From an uncultured virus (IMG/VR IMGVR_UViG_3300000117_000017) (taxonomy: Duplodnaviria > Heunggongvirae > Uroviricota > Caudoviricetes), in IMG/VR virus record IMGVR_UViG_3300000117_000017: DNA of 20,000 nucleotides; one strand, given 5' to 3'. A program made the translations under genes and the position numbers. Position 1 is the stretch's first letter. Each line of letters opens with the position of its first letter. The notes under the pieces are model-generated. The model ran no database searches. It worked only from the letters and a program-made list of their open reading frames with translations, and was not told the DNA's origin. This document shows positions 8,628 to 16,343 of the stretch, piece by piece.

Positions 8628-8812
8628 TATGCTGCACTCCTTATTAGAATTTTACCTTGATCAAGCTTAGTAAAAATAATTTCAAGTAATCCAATTCGAT
8701 CTAAAGTATCATCAGATGGATTTGGTAACTTTACTAAAGAAGTATATTCATTTTGGTATGCAGTGAGCTTTGTCATAGTCATTGAGCTCATCATGTGTTC
8801 TGCTTTCTTCAT
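8627..8812 (-). CDS. Hypothetical protein
   Basis: 61-aa ORF, GGAGG RBS, coupled to upstream ORF. Confidence 0.7.
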   Translation of the reverse strand: MKKAEHMMSSMTMTKLTAYQNEYTSLVKLPNPSDDTLDRIGLLEIIFTKLDQGKILIRSAA

Positions 8813-9108
8813 TACGCTACCTCCTTAAAACCAATTCTTGCAACTTCAAACTTTGTAGCCGCACCGTCAGCATCGAATATGGTGAACTCATCTCCAACCA
8901 TTGAGCTGCGAAGAGGTGTACCATCAAAGTTGTGGTGGCATACTGTTACACCAGATTGTGGATTTTCAGACCAAGACTTGAACACATTTTGTGTCTTACC
9001 GAAGGCATCCTGTAGAGCCATTTGAGTATCTGTAAAAGGTGTTGCAATTGATGCAGCAGTATATGGAACCGCACCGTAATTGTTATTAAAAGTAATTGAA
9101 ACTATCAT
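8812..9108 (-). CDS. Hypothetical early protein, possibly YodL-like
   Basis: 98 aa, GGGAG RBS, follows an early promoter; LRSSMVGDEF resembles the YodL-like (H/R)SxSVxD motif. Confidence 0.6.
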   Translation of the reverse strand: MIVSITFNNNYGAVPYTAASIATPFTDTQMALQDAFGKTQNVFKSWSENPQSGVTVCHHNFDGTPLRSSMVGDEFTIFDADGAATKFEVARIGFKEVA

Positions 9109-9153
9109 TATATAAACTCCCGTTAAATAGTTAATTTTTTATTTTATAGTACT

Positions 9154-9182
9154 ATTATACCACACTTTTAACTTAATGTAAA
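9154..9182 (-). promoter_or_regulatory. Sigma70-type early promoter (repeat copy 2)
   Basis: TTTACA-17 nt-TATAAT with TGTGG extension; -35/UP region identical to copy 1. Confidence 0.85.
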
Positions 9183-9195
9183 GGAAAAAATGCAT

Positions 9196-9354
9196 TTAAT
9201 TTGAATTTTTTTCATGAGCAATCGTGACTCGATAACCCGGCTTTTCACACCAGATCTCTACGTGGTCTTTCATCATGCCAATTGCGTGCTTCATGTCATT
9301 GCATTCGGCACGTGTAATAAGCTCATCATTTTGAAATACGTAAACTACAAACAT
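9196..9354 (-). CDS. Small hypothetical protein (52 aa, MFVVYVFQNDELITRAEC...)
   Basis: Read manually; AGGAG RBS 6 nt upstream of the ATG. Confidence 0.65.
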   Translation of the reverse strand: MFVVYVFQNDELITRAECNDMKHAIGMMKDHVEIWCEKPGYRVTIAHEKNSN

Positions 9355-9363
9355 CGGCAACTC

Positions 9364-9585
9364 CTAAACTAAGTTAGGAAGTTTAGGCCAGTCTTCGCCC
9401 TTGCCGTTGATGCCCATCTTTTTGTCAAGGTGAGCGCATACGAGTTCGAGCATGAATGACGGATTGTCGGTGCAGTACATATCAAAAGCAATCAAGCCTA
9501 CGAGACCGTCATATACAAAGTCATCGACTTGGTGAGTCTCCATATAGTGTTCGATTGCGTTGCGTTCGGTGGTTACATTAAACAT
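9364..9585 (-). CDS. Hypothetical early protein
   Basis: 73 aa, AAGGAG RBS, directly after an early promoter. Confidence 0.75.
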   Translation of the reverse strand: MFNVTTERNAIEHYMETHQVDDFVYDGLVGLIAFDMYCTDNPSFMLELVCAHLDKKMGINGKGEDWPKLPNLV

Positions 9586-9615
9586 TTAAAACTCCTTTTG
9601 ATTTAATATGTATTA

Positions 9616-9644
9616 ATTATACCACAGTTTTAAAAGATTGTAAA
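9616..9644 (-). promoter_or_regulatory. Sigma70-type early promoter (repeat copy 3)
   Basis: TTTACA-17 nt-TATAAT with TGTGG extension. Confidence 0.85.
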
Positions 9645-9671
9645 GGACTTTTTTCACTTATTTAAAAGTTT

Positions 9672-10271
9672 TCACTTAACATGTTCATTATACGTGTGAT
9701 GTAGTTCTCCGTGTTCTCTTCTGTAGTCTCTTTCGTGTATAGAGTATATGTGCGTGAGTATGTTATGTAGCGGATGTAGAGGCGACACGAAAGCGCCAGG
9801 GTACGGATTTTTAGATAGTATAAAACTGTCTGGATCTACCAGAATATACTCGTCTCCGTTAAAGATATAGTTGTGTGTGCCGGCGTCATTATGAAACCAC
9901 ACGGTGTCTATCATGCTCGAGTACTCTGCCATGTTGGATAAGTTTTGTAAGATCGTGGAAAAGACTTTGTACGCCACTCCATGATTGAGATTACCGTCTC
10001 TCCAAAAATGGTGTTCTACCGAAGTTCCCTCAACGTAGTCCATCACGATCCTGCTCTCGTTCACATCGTAAACTCGTGGTACTCCTCCGTACATGTTATA
10101 GTACGCGTCATAATGATACCACCAGTCTCGCATCCATCTCTTCTTTGGTACTGTAAAAGTCTTTATGACCTTATCTCCGTCGCGTTCTATAGTCGCGTGA
10201 TGAGACTTTTTAATTATCTGTTTCATTTCAAGATTTTTTTTTCTCTTAAGCAGGTTTTTTTTACTCAGCAT
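9672..10271 (-). CDS. Protein-kinase-like (APH/RIO/Kdo-kinase-type) protein
   Basis: KVIKT (beta3 Lys), VPRVY, IVMDYVEG (hinge), FHNDAGTHNY (HxD..N catalytic loop), LVDPD (metal-binding Asp). Confidence 0.7.
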   Translation of the reverse strand: MLSKKNLLKRKKNLEMKQIIKKSHHATIERDGDKVIKTFTVPKKRWMRDWWYHYDAYYNMYGGVPRVYDVNESRIVMDYVEGTSVEHHFWRDGNLNHGVAYKVFSTILQNLSNMAEYSSMIDTVWFHNDAGTHNYIFNGDEYILVDPDSFILSKNPYPGAFVSPLHPLHNILTHIYSIHERDYRREHGELHHTYNEHVK

Positions 10272-10963
10272 CCTTGACCGAGTATACCGTGTGATGGTAC
10301 GGCATTCTCTTTATCGACATTCTCAGCGAGCTCCGCATCATAGAAGTACTCTTCCGTATCTCCGAGTCGGTACTCATTGCCATTCTCGACCTGATAGTAC
10401 TCGGTAGATACTTTAAAGTCCGGCATCTTCGGATTCTTCGGTGTCAGACTATTATCATACACTCTCATTCGATTATTCGGATACAGACAGTATTGCCCAT
10501 TCTCGAGTTCAAGCAAGTTGAAAGACTTATGCTCGTCCGGCTGCTCTGCCGTAGAGTAATCAATCTCATCCGCATGTATATGGTAGTTATCCAAGGTAGC
10601 AATATAGGAACCCTTTACAAATCCATGATTCTTTGTATAGACTTCAAAATCCATAGAGCCTATAAACTGTTTCTGTATACATGTAACACCGTAGTCCATG
10701 CAATTCCAGAACTGTAGATCGGGTAATGCCATATCAACAGAGGGTGTCTCTGGATCAGCAACAAAGGCACTGATCGGTAGTTTATCGAATAAGGCACCGT
10801 ACTCGGGTAAGAATGTTTCGAAATAGAAGGCACGACCCGGGATACTCTTAGCGGATACCCAGTGACCCTCGACGAATTCACCGTGTCCATCCTGGAGATC
10901 TCTCAGATACTCACGGCGTACCCATACTTTTTGGTTGGGTATATTACAAATTAAATGGGATAT
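10265..10963 (-). CDS. Conserved phage hypothetical protein (232 aa) with probable ATA start
   Basis: The frame of ORF 10265..10732 is open a further 77 codons to an ATA at 10963, 7 nt after AAGGAG; in-frame TAG at 10982-10984 bounds it. Confidence 0.75.
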   Translation of the reverse strand: MSHLICNIPNQKVWVRREYLRDLQDGHGEFVEGHWVSAKSIPGRAFYFETFLPEYGALFDKLPISAFVADPETPSVDMALPDLQFWNCMDYGVTCIQKQFIGSMDFEVYTKNHGFVKGSYIATLDNYHIHADEIDYSTAEQPDEHKSFNLLELENGQYCLYPNNRMRVYDNSLTPKNPKMPDFKVSTEYYQVENGNEYRLGDTEEYFYDAELAENVDKENAVPSHGILGQGC

Positions 10964-11213
10964 TACAAAGCTCCTTTGTTTCTATAGTTATCTATATGGT
11001 TACACAAAGTCTGAGGGAAGAAATTTCTCGAGAAAAAAAAATTTGTCAAAAAGGTATTCAGACGACAACCGAGGACAGGCTACAAGGCCACCTGTTATAC
11101 CACTGCGAAACTCTCCAATATAAACCCCTTTATCAGACACTGACTGAGCACCCTAACAGTAGTCCTCTATAGACTCTATCCTCTCAGATCCAGAAGGGCG
11201 CTCGGTGTCACTC

Positions 11214-11462
11214 CTACGAGTGGAGTTCGATATCCTTGGAGTGCATAGTACAGAGGTTTCTGTTATCAATCATATAGAGTGATCTATTACTAATATCTCT
11301 ATCGGTAGTCTCGAGGGATACTAATTCCTCTCCGATATCCTTATCGTATGTACTCCATAGATTGGTAGCGAAGTATACTGACAGCTTCTCGGTCTCACCC
11401 TGATAGACTCTCTGTACCTGTTCTCCGTTAGATTTGATTGAAGTTAAGATAGTATTAAACAT
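11214..11462 (-). CDS. Hypothetical early protein
   Basis: 82 aa, AGGGAG RBS, own early promoter. Confidence 0.7.
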   Translation of the reverse strand: MFNTILTSIKSNGEQVQRVYQGETEKLSVYFATNLWSTYDKDIGEELVSLETTDRDISNRSLYMIDNRNLCTMHSKDIELHS

Positions 11463-11494
11463 ATATTTTTCTCCCTTTAAAATAATATAGTATT

Positions 11495-11522
11495 ATTATA
11501 CCACACCGTGCGAGAATGTAAA
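11495..11522 (-). promoter_or_regulatory. Sigma70-type early promoter (repeat copy 4)
   Basis: TTTACA-16 nt-TATAAT with TGTGG extension. Confidence 0.75.
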
Positions 11523-11881
11523 GGACTTTATGCGTTTTTATGTGATTTATTTTTGTACTAAGAAAAAATCTCCGCGAGTCTGACGGCATTAAGGTTCCCT
11601 TCTCTCCTCCCCGATACTGTAGTTTTACTCGATATACATAGTATAGAGTACTTTACACAGATTACACAGACACCATATGAGGTTATGGATAACCTTTTCT
11701 ATATAGGATATAGTACACGTGACCACACCCGATTATCTATTACTCTATATAGTAGTTATTACTATAGCGTACTGTTCTGTGAGTGTATTAATGAAGTTAT
11801 ATGGAGTATGAGAGACATGTATTATTGGATGACCCTATATTGTTCTATTATAGGATGTATTATATGGATGATATGTAGGAT

Positions 11882-12067
11882 ATGAGTAATCAATTAACGG
11901 TAAAAGATCAAGTAGTAGTGGCGTTTTATTCCTTATTAATCCTTTATTCTTTAAAGGTAGGGATGTCGAGTCATCTGGGTGTATCGATATTTGGATTCTT
12001 TTGTATGTGGATGAATCTGAAGATGTTTGATGTATATGCGTTTAAGAAGAAATATGCACAAAAATGA
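11882..12067 (+). CDS. Small membrane protein
   Basis: 61 aa with two hydrophobic segments, immediately upstream of the radical SAM gene. Confidence 0.6.
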   Translation: MSNQLTVKDQVVVAFYSLLILYSLKVGMSSHLGVSIFGFFCMWMNLKMFDVYAFKKKYAQK

Positions 12068-12081
12068 AATGACACAGTGAT

Positions 12082-13014
12082 ATGAGACTCGACGGTAAGA
12101 AAATCTTATCTATAGACAGAGACGTGTCTGACTTGACGATAATAGACTGGGTACTTGGTAACACTTGTAACTTCAATTGCTCTTACTGTTTTCCTAACGC
12201 CAACACCGGCACCGACAGAGTTCCAAGACTCGACGATGTCTTAAAAAGAAATGTATATCATCTGTTGAAAGAGATCGATGCTGTAAGTAAACAAAGGATA
12301 GTGTTTAACTTTGGTGGAGGTGAACCAACACTGTATCGCGACATCGTTCAGTTGATGGACTTCTTAAGACCTTTTGGTGAGATTGGTTTTGTATCGAACG
12401 GAAGTCGAACTGTAAGATGGTGGAAGCAAAACCTACAATATATCGATCACGTATTGTTGTCTTATCATTCTGAATATACGGATCTCGAACACATGGCCAA
12501 AGTTATCGAGTGTATCAAGGACGATGTCGGTTTACGAGTACATGTGATGGTAAATCCTAAGTTATTTGACGAGTGTATCGACGCGTATAGTACTCTATCA
12601 GACAGATTTAGTGATGTTAACTTTCAACTTAAGACTTTAAGAGAAAACGGAAGAGTGATAGAGTACTCGCTCGAACAAGAGGTGATCATCAAGGATAACA
12701 TACACCAACCTCTCATGAAACCATCTTGTAAAGTAAACTGTGATGGAGAGATCTTTGATCTACAACTCCATCACGTGAAGAATTTACGAGGTACTTTTAC
12801 TGGATATCGTTGTTACGCTCATCACGACTTCATACAGATAGACAGTAGAGGTTTTATAGGAACAATGTCGTGTGGACAAAACTTTACGAAAAAATCAAAC
12901 ATTTATCTTAAGTCTTTTGTCGATAATTTTATATTGCCTAAATATAGTATAAGTTGCGAACGAGACATTTGTGGATGTATAGGTTTACTTTGTTCTAGGA
13001 AAGAATATGTATGA
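12082..13014 (+). CDS. Radical SAM protein with C-terminal Cys-rich (Twitch/SPASM-like) region
   Basis: CNFNCSYC (CxxxCxxC), FGGGEPTL, VSNGS; C-terminal CYAHH…IDSRG…SC…CERDICGC. Confidence 0.9.
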   Translation: MRLDGKKILSIDRDVSDLTIIDWVLGNTCNFNCSYCFPNANTGTDRVPRLDDVLKRNVYHLLKEIDAVSKQRIVFNFGGGEPTLYRDIVQLMDFLRPFGEIGFVSNGSRTVRWWKQNLQYIDHVLLSYHSEYTDLEHMAKVIECIKDDVGLRVHVMVNPKLFDECIDAYSTLSDRFSDVNFQLKTLRENGRVIEYSLEQEVIIKDNIHQPLMKPSCKVNCDGEIFDLQLHHVKNLRGTFTGYRCYAHHDFIQIDSRGFIGTMSCGQNFTKKSNIYLKSFVDNFILPKYSISCERDICGCIGLLCSRKEYV

Positions 13015-13447
13015 TACGAAAAAGATAATAGAAGAGATTATGTCTCTACCTCGCTTTGAGGATCAGATATGTTTACAAAGTGACGAGAGCGGAGACCCGT
13101 TTCTTGGCTGTGGAGTTAATCGTAACGACACAGCACTCGTAAGAAAAATCTTTGACACACCCGTACTGAACAGCATTATAGATGATCACAACCTTTATAG
13201 GACTCGAGTCATGAGAATGAGATCGAAGACGTGCTATACTTATCATCAAGATCCTACGAAGAGACTACACGTGCCCGTGGTGACTAACGACAAGTGTTTC
13301 CTAGTTGTTGATGACGAGGTAGTCAGGTGTCCTGATATCGGAAGACCTTACGTCATCGATACCACAAAGTTACACACGGCAGTCAACGCTTCTACAGAGA
13401 CTCGAATTCATATCGTTGGATGTATTCCACATGATACAAGAAATTAA
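13007..13447 (+). CDS. Aspartyl/asparaginyl beta-hydroxylase-like Fe(II)/2OG oxygenase
   Basis: YTYHQD…RLHVPVVTN…DTTKLHTAVN…RIHIV (HxD…H facial triad plus Arg). Confidence 0.8.
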   Translation: MYDTKKIIEEIMSLPRFEDQICLQSDESGDPFLGCGVNRNDTALVRKIFDTPVLNSIIDDHNLYRTRVMRMRSKTCYTYHQDPTKRLHVPVVTNDKCFLVVDDEVVRCPDIGRPYVIDTTKLHTAVNASTETRIHIVGCIPHDTRN

Positions 13448-13910
13448 CTGCATAGAGTACGATAAAGATTTAATATTACAAGAATGTGACGAGGCTTCGT
13501 ACGAACCGTACTTTGATCCTTTAGGTGGTAAGAGCCTTGACTACTGGATGATATGTAAAGACGTAGGACCTTACACGAACGAGATCAACAGACGAATGAG
13601 CAAAATTTTAGACGTACAGTGTCATCCTCGTTATTATATCTTAAAAGATAAGTGTGAAGTACCGTGGCATGTTGACAGAGGTACGAAGTGCGCGATTAAC
13701 ATGATACTGAGTACGGATCAAGACCCGATATGGTTCCGACGCGATGGCACCGTAACATCACACTCTTACTCTTTTTCACTGATCGACGTTCAGACAGAAC
13801 ATCGAGTAGAAGCTGTCACCGAACCAAGAAAACTTTTTAAGATGTCTATATTTGATATTGATTTTATGAAAGCGAAGAAGAGACTTGATCTTTACAAGAT
13901 CTCAACGTAA
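13431..13910 (+). CDS. Fe(II)/2OG oxygenase-like (cupin) protein
   Basis: VPWHVD…CAINM…IDVQTEHRV…RKLFK; ATG at 13431 preferred over the TTG at 13416. Confidence 0.65.
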   Translation: MIQEINCIEYDKDLILQECDEASYEPYFDPLGGKSLDYWMICKDVGPYTNEINRRMSKILDVQCHPRYYILKDKCEVPWHVDRGTKCAINMILSTDQDPIWFRRDGTVTSHSYSFSLIDVQTEHRVEAVTEPRKLFKMSIFDIDFMKAKKRLDLYKIST

Positions 13911-14433
13911 GTATGTTTTGCCAACAATTAATAGAGTCACTGTTATCTACACAAGTATATTTTAATTCATCAAGGACTACACAATCGAGATCGTGATTAT
14001 TTTTAAGACGTTCTCGAGTAATGTCAATAACTTTTTTCTTCTTTATATTTTGTATCGATACGAACGGATGGAGTCCCCATTCAATCGCTGTCTTAAATTG
14101 CTTTGGTATGAATAATTGAGATGCCGCAAACATACTTGGTCTTGATACTAGAGTCTTACATCTGTATTTTTTAAAGATGTAATATCTATCAGCAGCTCGT
14201 GCGCAATCATTCCATTTATCGTGAGTCCACAATCCTGAAAAAGATATCACATCATCTTCAAAGTAAAGTACGTCAAATCTGATGTAACCATCTAATCTTA
14301 CAGTTTTATAATTATTTCGATTAACGTGGTGAATGTTATCTTCGTACGCCAGTGAAAATACTCTTGATATTTCTTGTTTATCACGTACTATATTTTTGTG
14401 AGTTGCTTTCGTAATATCCAATGTATCACCCAT
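13864..14433 (-). CDS. Hypothetical protein, possibly GNAT/acyltransferase-like fold
   Basis: 189 aa; VISFSGLW…ARAADRYYIFKKYR resembles GNAT beta3-beta4/motif A; start uncertain. Confidence 0.45.
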   Translation of the reverse strand: MGDTLDITKATHKNIVRDKQEISRVFSLAYEDNIHHVNRNNYKTVRLDGYIRFDVLYFEDDVISFSGLWTHDKWNDCARAADRYYIFKKYRCKTLVSRPSMFAASQLFIPKQFKTAIEWGLHPFVSIQNIKKKKVIDITRERLKNNHDLDCVVLDELKYTCVDNSDSINCWQNILTLRSCKDQVSSSLS

Positions 14434-15128
14434 CCTGATATATCATAATGTTTTAACTTATACTGTTTGACATCTTTATGATGCTCGTCATGGTTACCAT
14501 CTCCAAATACTAACCAGTTTAACCAATTCACGTATCGTGGAGCTCCGTCTTTGTGTAAGAAGAAAGTAGTGAGGCCTTGAACCATGACGTTAATTGCCGA
14601 AGGTATACAAAATCCAAATACAACTCCTTGTGGTCCAAATAATATCGCTATCGTTGCCACGTACGCTATTATCATTAAGTAGTAGTACTTATGAGTCATC
14701 ATAAGAAACTTGTCTTTGAAAAGATATTTTACGTATCTAAGTTCGATATTATAGTCGTAATTTAAAGTTATAAGACTTAAAAATCCTTTTTTAGAGTCGT
14801 GTGGATCTTCTGGAGTGTCGTGCTTATCGTGATGTTTGTTATGAACTCCACACCAGCCAAACACTGAACCAGAGCCAGACAGTAAACCAAGAGTCGTACA
14901 TAAGTATTTTGTAAAAGTATTTCTAAACTCAAATGACTTATGAGAGTAAAATCGGTGAAAAGTACACACCATTCCTATGCACATATATAAAAAGTACATC
15001 ACTAATATTGTCACAAGATTAGTGATTGTTATTCCATACACTGATACGTAAATTAAAGACGCTATTAAATTTAATAATAGCGATAATCTTAATTTAGTTC
15101 CAGAACTCTCGAAAGTTCTCGTTAGCAA
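14388..15128 (-). CDS. Membrane fatty acid desaturase (delta-9/DesC-like)
   Basis: His boxes HRFYSH, HNKHH and HDEHH, plus DTPEDPH and transmembrane segments; TTG start with AAGGAG 7 nt upstream. Confidence 0.9.
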   Translation of the reverse strand: MLTRTFESSGTKLRLSLLLNLIASLIYVSVYGITITNLVTILVMYFLYMCIGMVCTFHRFYSHKSFEFRNTFTKYLCTTLGLLSGSGSVFGWCGVHNKHHDKHDTPEDPHDSKKGFLSLITLNYDYNIELRYVKYLFKDKFLMMTHKYYYLMIIAYVATIAILFGPQGVVFGFCIPSAINVMVQGLTTFFLHKDGAPRYVNWLNWLVFGDGNHDEHHKDVKQYKLKHYDISGWVIHWILRKQLTKI

Positions 15129-15705
15129 CTAGTTTCTCCTTAGCTTCTTTAAAAGTCATTTGTTTTATTCTTAGTTTAAATAACACTCTATCCTCGTCGA
15201 TTTGTTTTGGTACGGAATGAGCGTGATTAGTGTTAATTAATGCTACGTCATAATAAAAATGTCCTACATCCTTGAAAGATATTGGAGTCCGTTCTCCTTT
15301 TACTAAAAAATTAATAGCACATAACGTTTCGCCATCAATGTGGTAGTGAACATCAGCTCCTTCTTTTTGAGTAAGAAATCTAGGACCTAAATTATCTACC
15401 TGTAATAACCTTTTAAAAATCGCATGCAAACGTTCTGATTCACTGTTAGAATCATTATCTAAACTTGAAGATATCTTCCAATCCCTTTGATTATTAAACC
15501 AATCTTTATCCTCAACATCATAGCTGATAGTATCTTTTTCAATAAATCCTAGTCTTTTATATCTCTCAAGATTCTTTTCATTTATTGCATTATATCTAAC
15601 GGAACTAGATTCTTTTAATAACTTATCTTTATCGTGATTGATTTTAAAATGATATATAACGTCATCTTTTAAATCGTTTAATCTGTCGTCTACTATGCTA
15701 CTCAT
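15094..15705 (-). CDS. Fe(II)/2OG oxygenase-like (cupin) protein
   Basis: VHYHID…CAINF…INTNHAHSV…RVLFK; same motif layout as 13431..13910. Confidence 0.65.
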   Translation of the reverse strand: MSSIVDDRLNDLKDDVIYHFKINHDKDKLLKESSSVRYNAINEKNLERYKRLGFIEKDTISYDVEDKDWFNNQRDWKISSSLDNDSNSESERLHAIFKRLLQVDNLGPRFLTQKEGADVHYHIDGETLCAINFLVKGERTPISFKDVGHFYYDVALINTNHAHSVPKQIDEDRVLFKLRIKQMTFKEAKEKLVANENFREFWN

Positions 15706-15863
15706 TAAGATACTTGCACAGCTACGTATATTAACATACCAAAGATACCGATATTAATCATCATATTGATGTAGTGCGGGTTGGGTGTCATAATCTTTCT
15801 CCTTTTTGACTGAGGTGGTTTGTATTCATTACCACCCGTGTATTCAATGAGTCTTCCCCACAT
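15705..15863 (-). CDS. Small membrane peptide (52 aa, or 28 aa from an internal ATG at 15791)
   Basis: Read manually; GGAGG before 15863 and AAGGAG before 15791; C-terminal hydrophobic helix; TAATG overlap downstream. Confidence 0.55.
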   Translation of the reverse strand: MWGRLIEYTGGNEYKPPQSKRRKIMTPNPHYINMMINIGIFGMLIYVAVQVS

Positions 15864-15864
15864 G

Positions 15865-16077
15865 TTATCCTCCTATCCACGTGTTGACTTCGAAGACTTC
15901 GATCATCATGAAACTAAAGAGCAGAAGTAGAATACTCCACAGTATCAGTTTACCACTGAAGTTTGTCGCCGCCATCTTGATCGCGATCAGTTCATTACCG
16001 AGGAATCTGAGTGCCAGTTCAAACTCGTTGTGTTCATCTTTAATAACGATACCGTTCTTTTTTTCTACTTCTGCCAT
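15865..16077 (-). CDS. Small membrane protein
   Basis: 70 aa, C-terminal TM segment, AGGA RBS. Confidence 0.7.
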   Translation of the reverse strand: MAEVEKKNGIVIKDEHNEFELALRFLGNELIAIKMAATNFSGKLILWSILLLLFSFMMIEVFEVNTWIGG

Positions 16078-16086
16078 AATTTTATC

Positions 16087-16320
16087 CTATTGTTTTTCGC
16101 CTACATAAGCATATAGCTTATTTGCGGTTTCAATGAGATCAACCGGCTGATACATCAGTGGTGAGTGATCATTGACCGCGTCCATGATGTCCATGCGTTT
16201 TTCTTGCGCCTGATCGATCATTCTATACATAATATCCTGTTGTAAACAGAACTGTGTATCGGCCATCTCTTTGGCCATTCTTAAAGTTTCGAGTCTTATT
16301 TCGTATGCGTTTTTAGACAT
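16087..16320 (-). CDS. Conserved phage hypothetical protein
   Basis: 77 aa, AGGAGG RBS; NAYEIRLETLRMAKEM…ANKLYAYV pattern recalled from T4-like phage ORFs. Confidence 0.75.
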   Translation of the reverse strand: MSKNAYEIRLETLRMAKEMADTQFCLQQDIMYRMIDQAQEKRMDIMDAVNDHSPLMYQPVDLIETANKLYAYVGEKQ

Positions 16321-16343
16321 ATTGTCCTCCTGTGTGTGTTAAT

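Noticed and set aside
8426..9650. Repeats considered as a CRISPR array
   Set aside because: Spacing is hundreds of bp and irregular, the intervals contain genes, and the repeats match promoter consensus
8795..10717. Plus-strand ORFs 8795..9025, 9981..10277 and 10493..10717
   Set aside because: Antisense to minus-strand genes that have RBS, promoters or motifs
10660..10890. ORF 10660..10890 (-) as a frameshifted N-terminal half of 10265..10732
   Set aside because: The 10265 frame itself stays open to 10963, so no frameshift or pseudogene is needed
10935..11123. ORF 10935..11123 (+) and a minus-strand TTGACA at 11044-11049
   Set aside because: The ORF overlaps the ATA-start gene in antisense and lacks an RBS; the TTGACA has no -10 box at 16-18 nt
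11685..11885. 66-aa plus-strand ORF
   Set aside because: Low-complexity Tyr/Ile/Cys-rich translation of AT-alternating DNA; a short real ORF cannot be excluded but is unsupported
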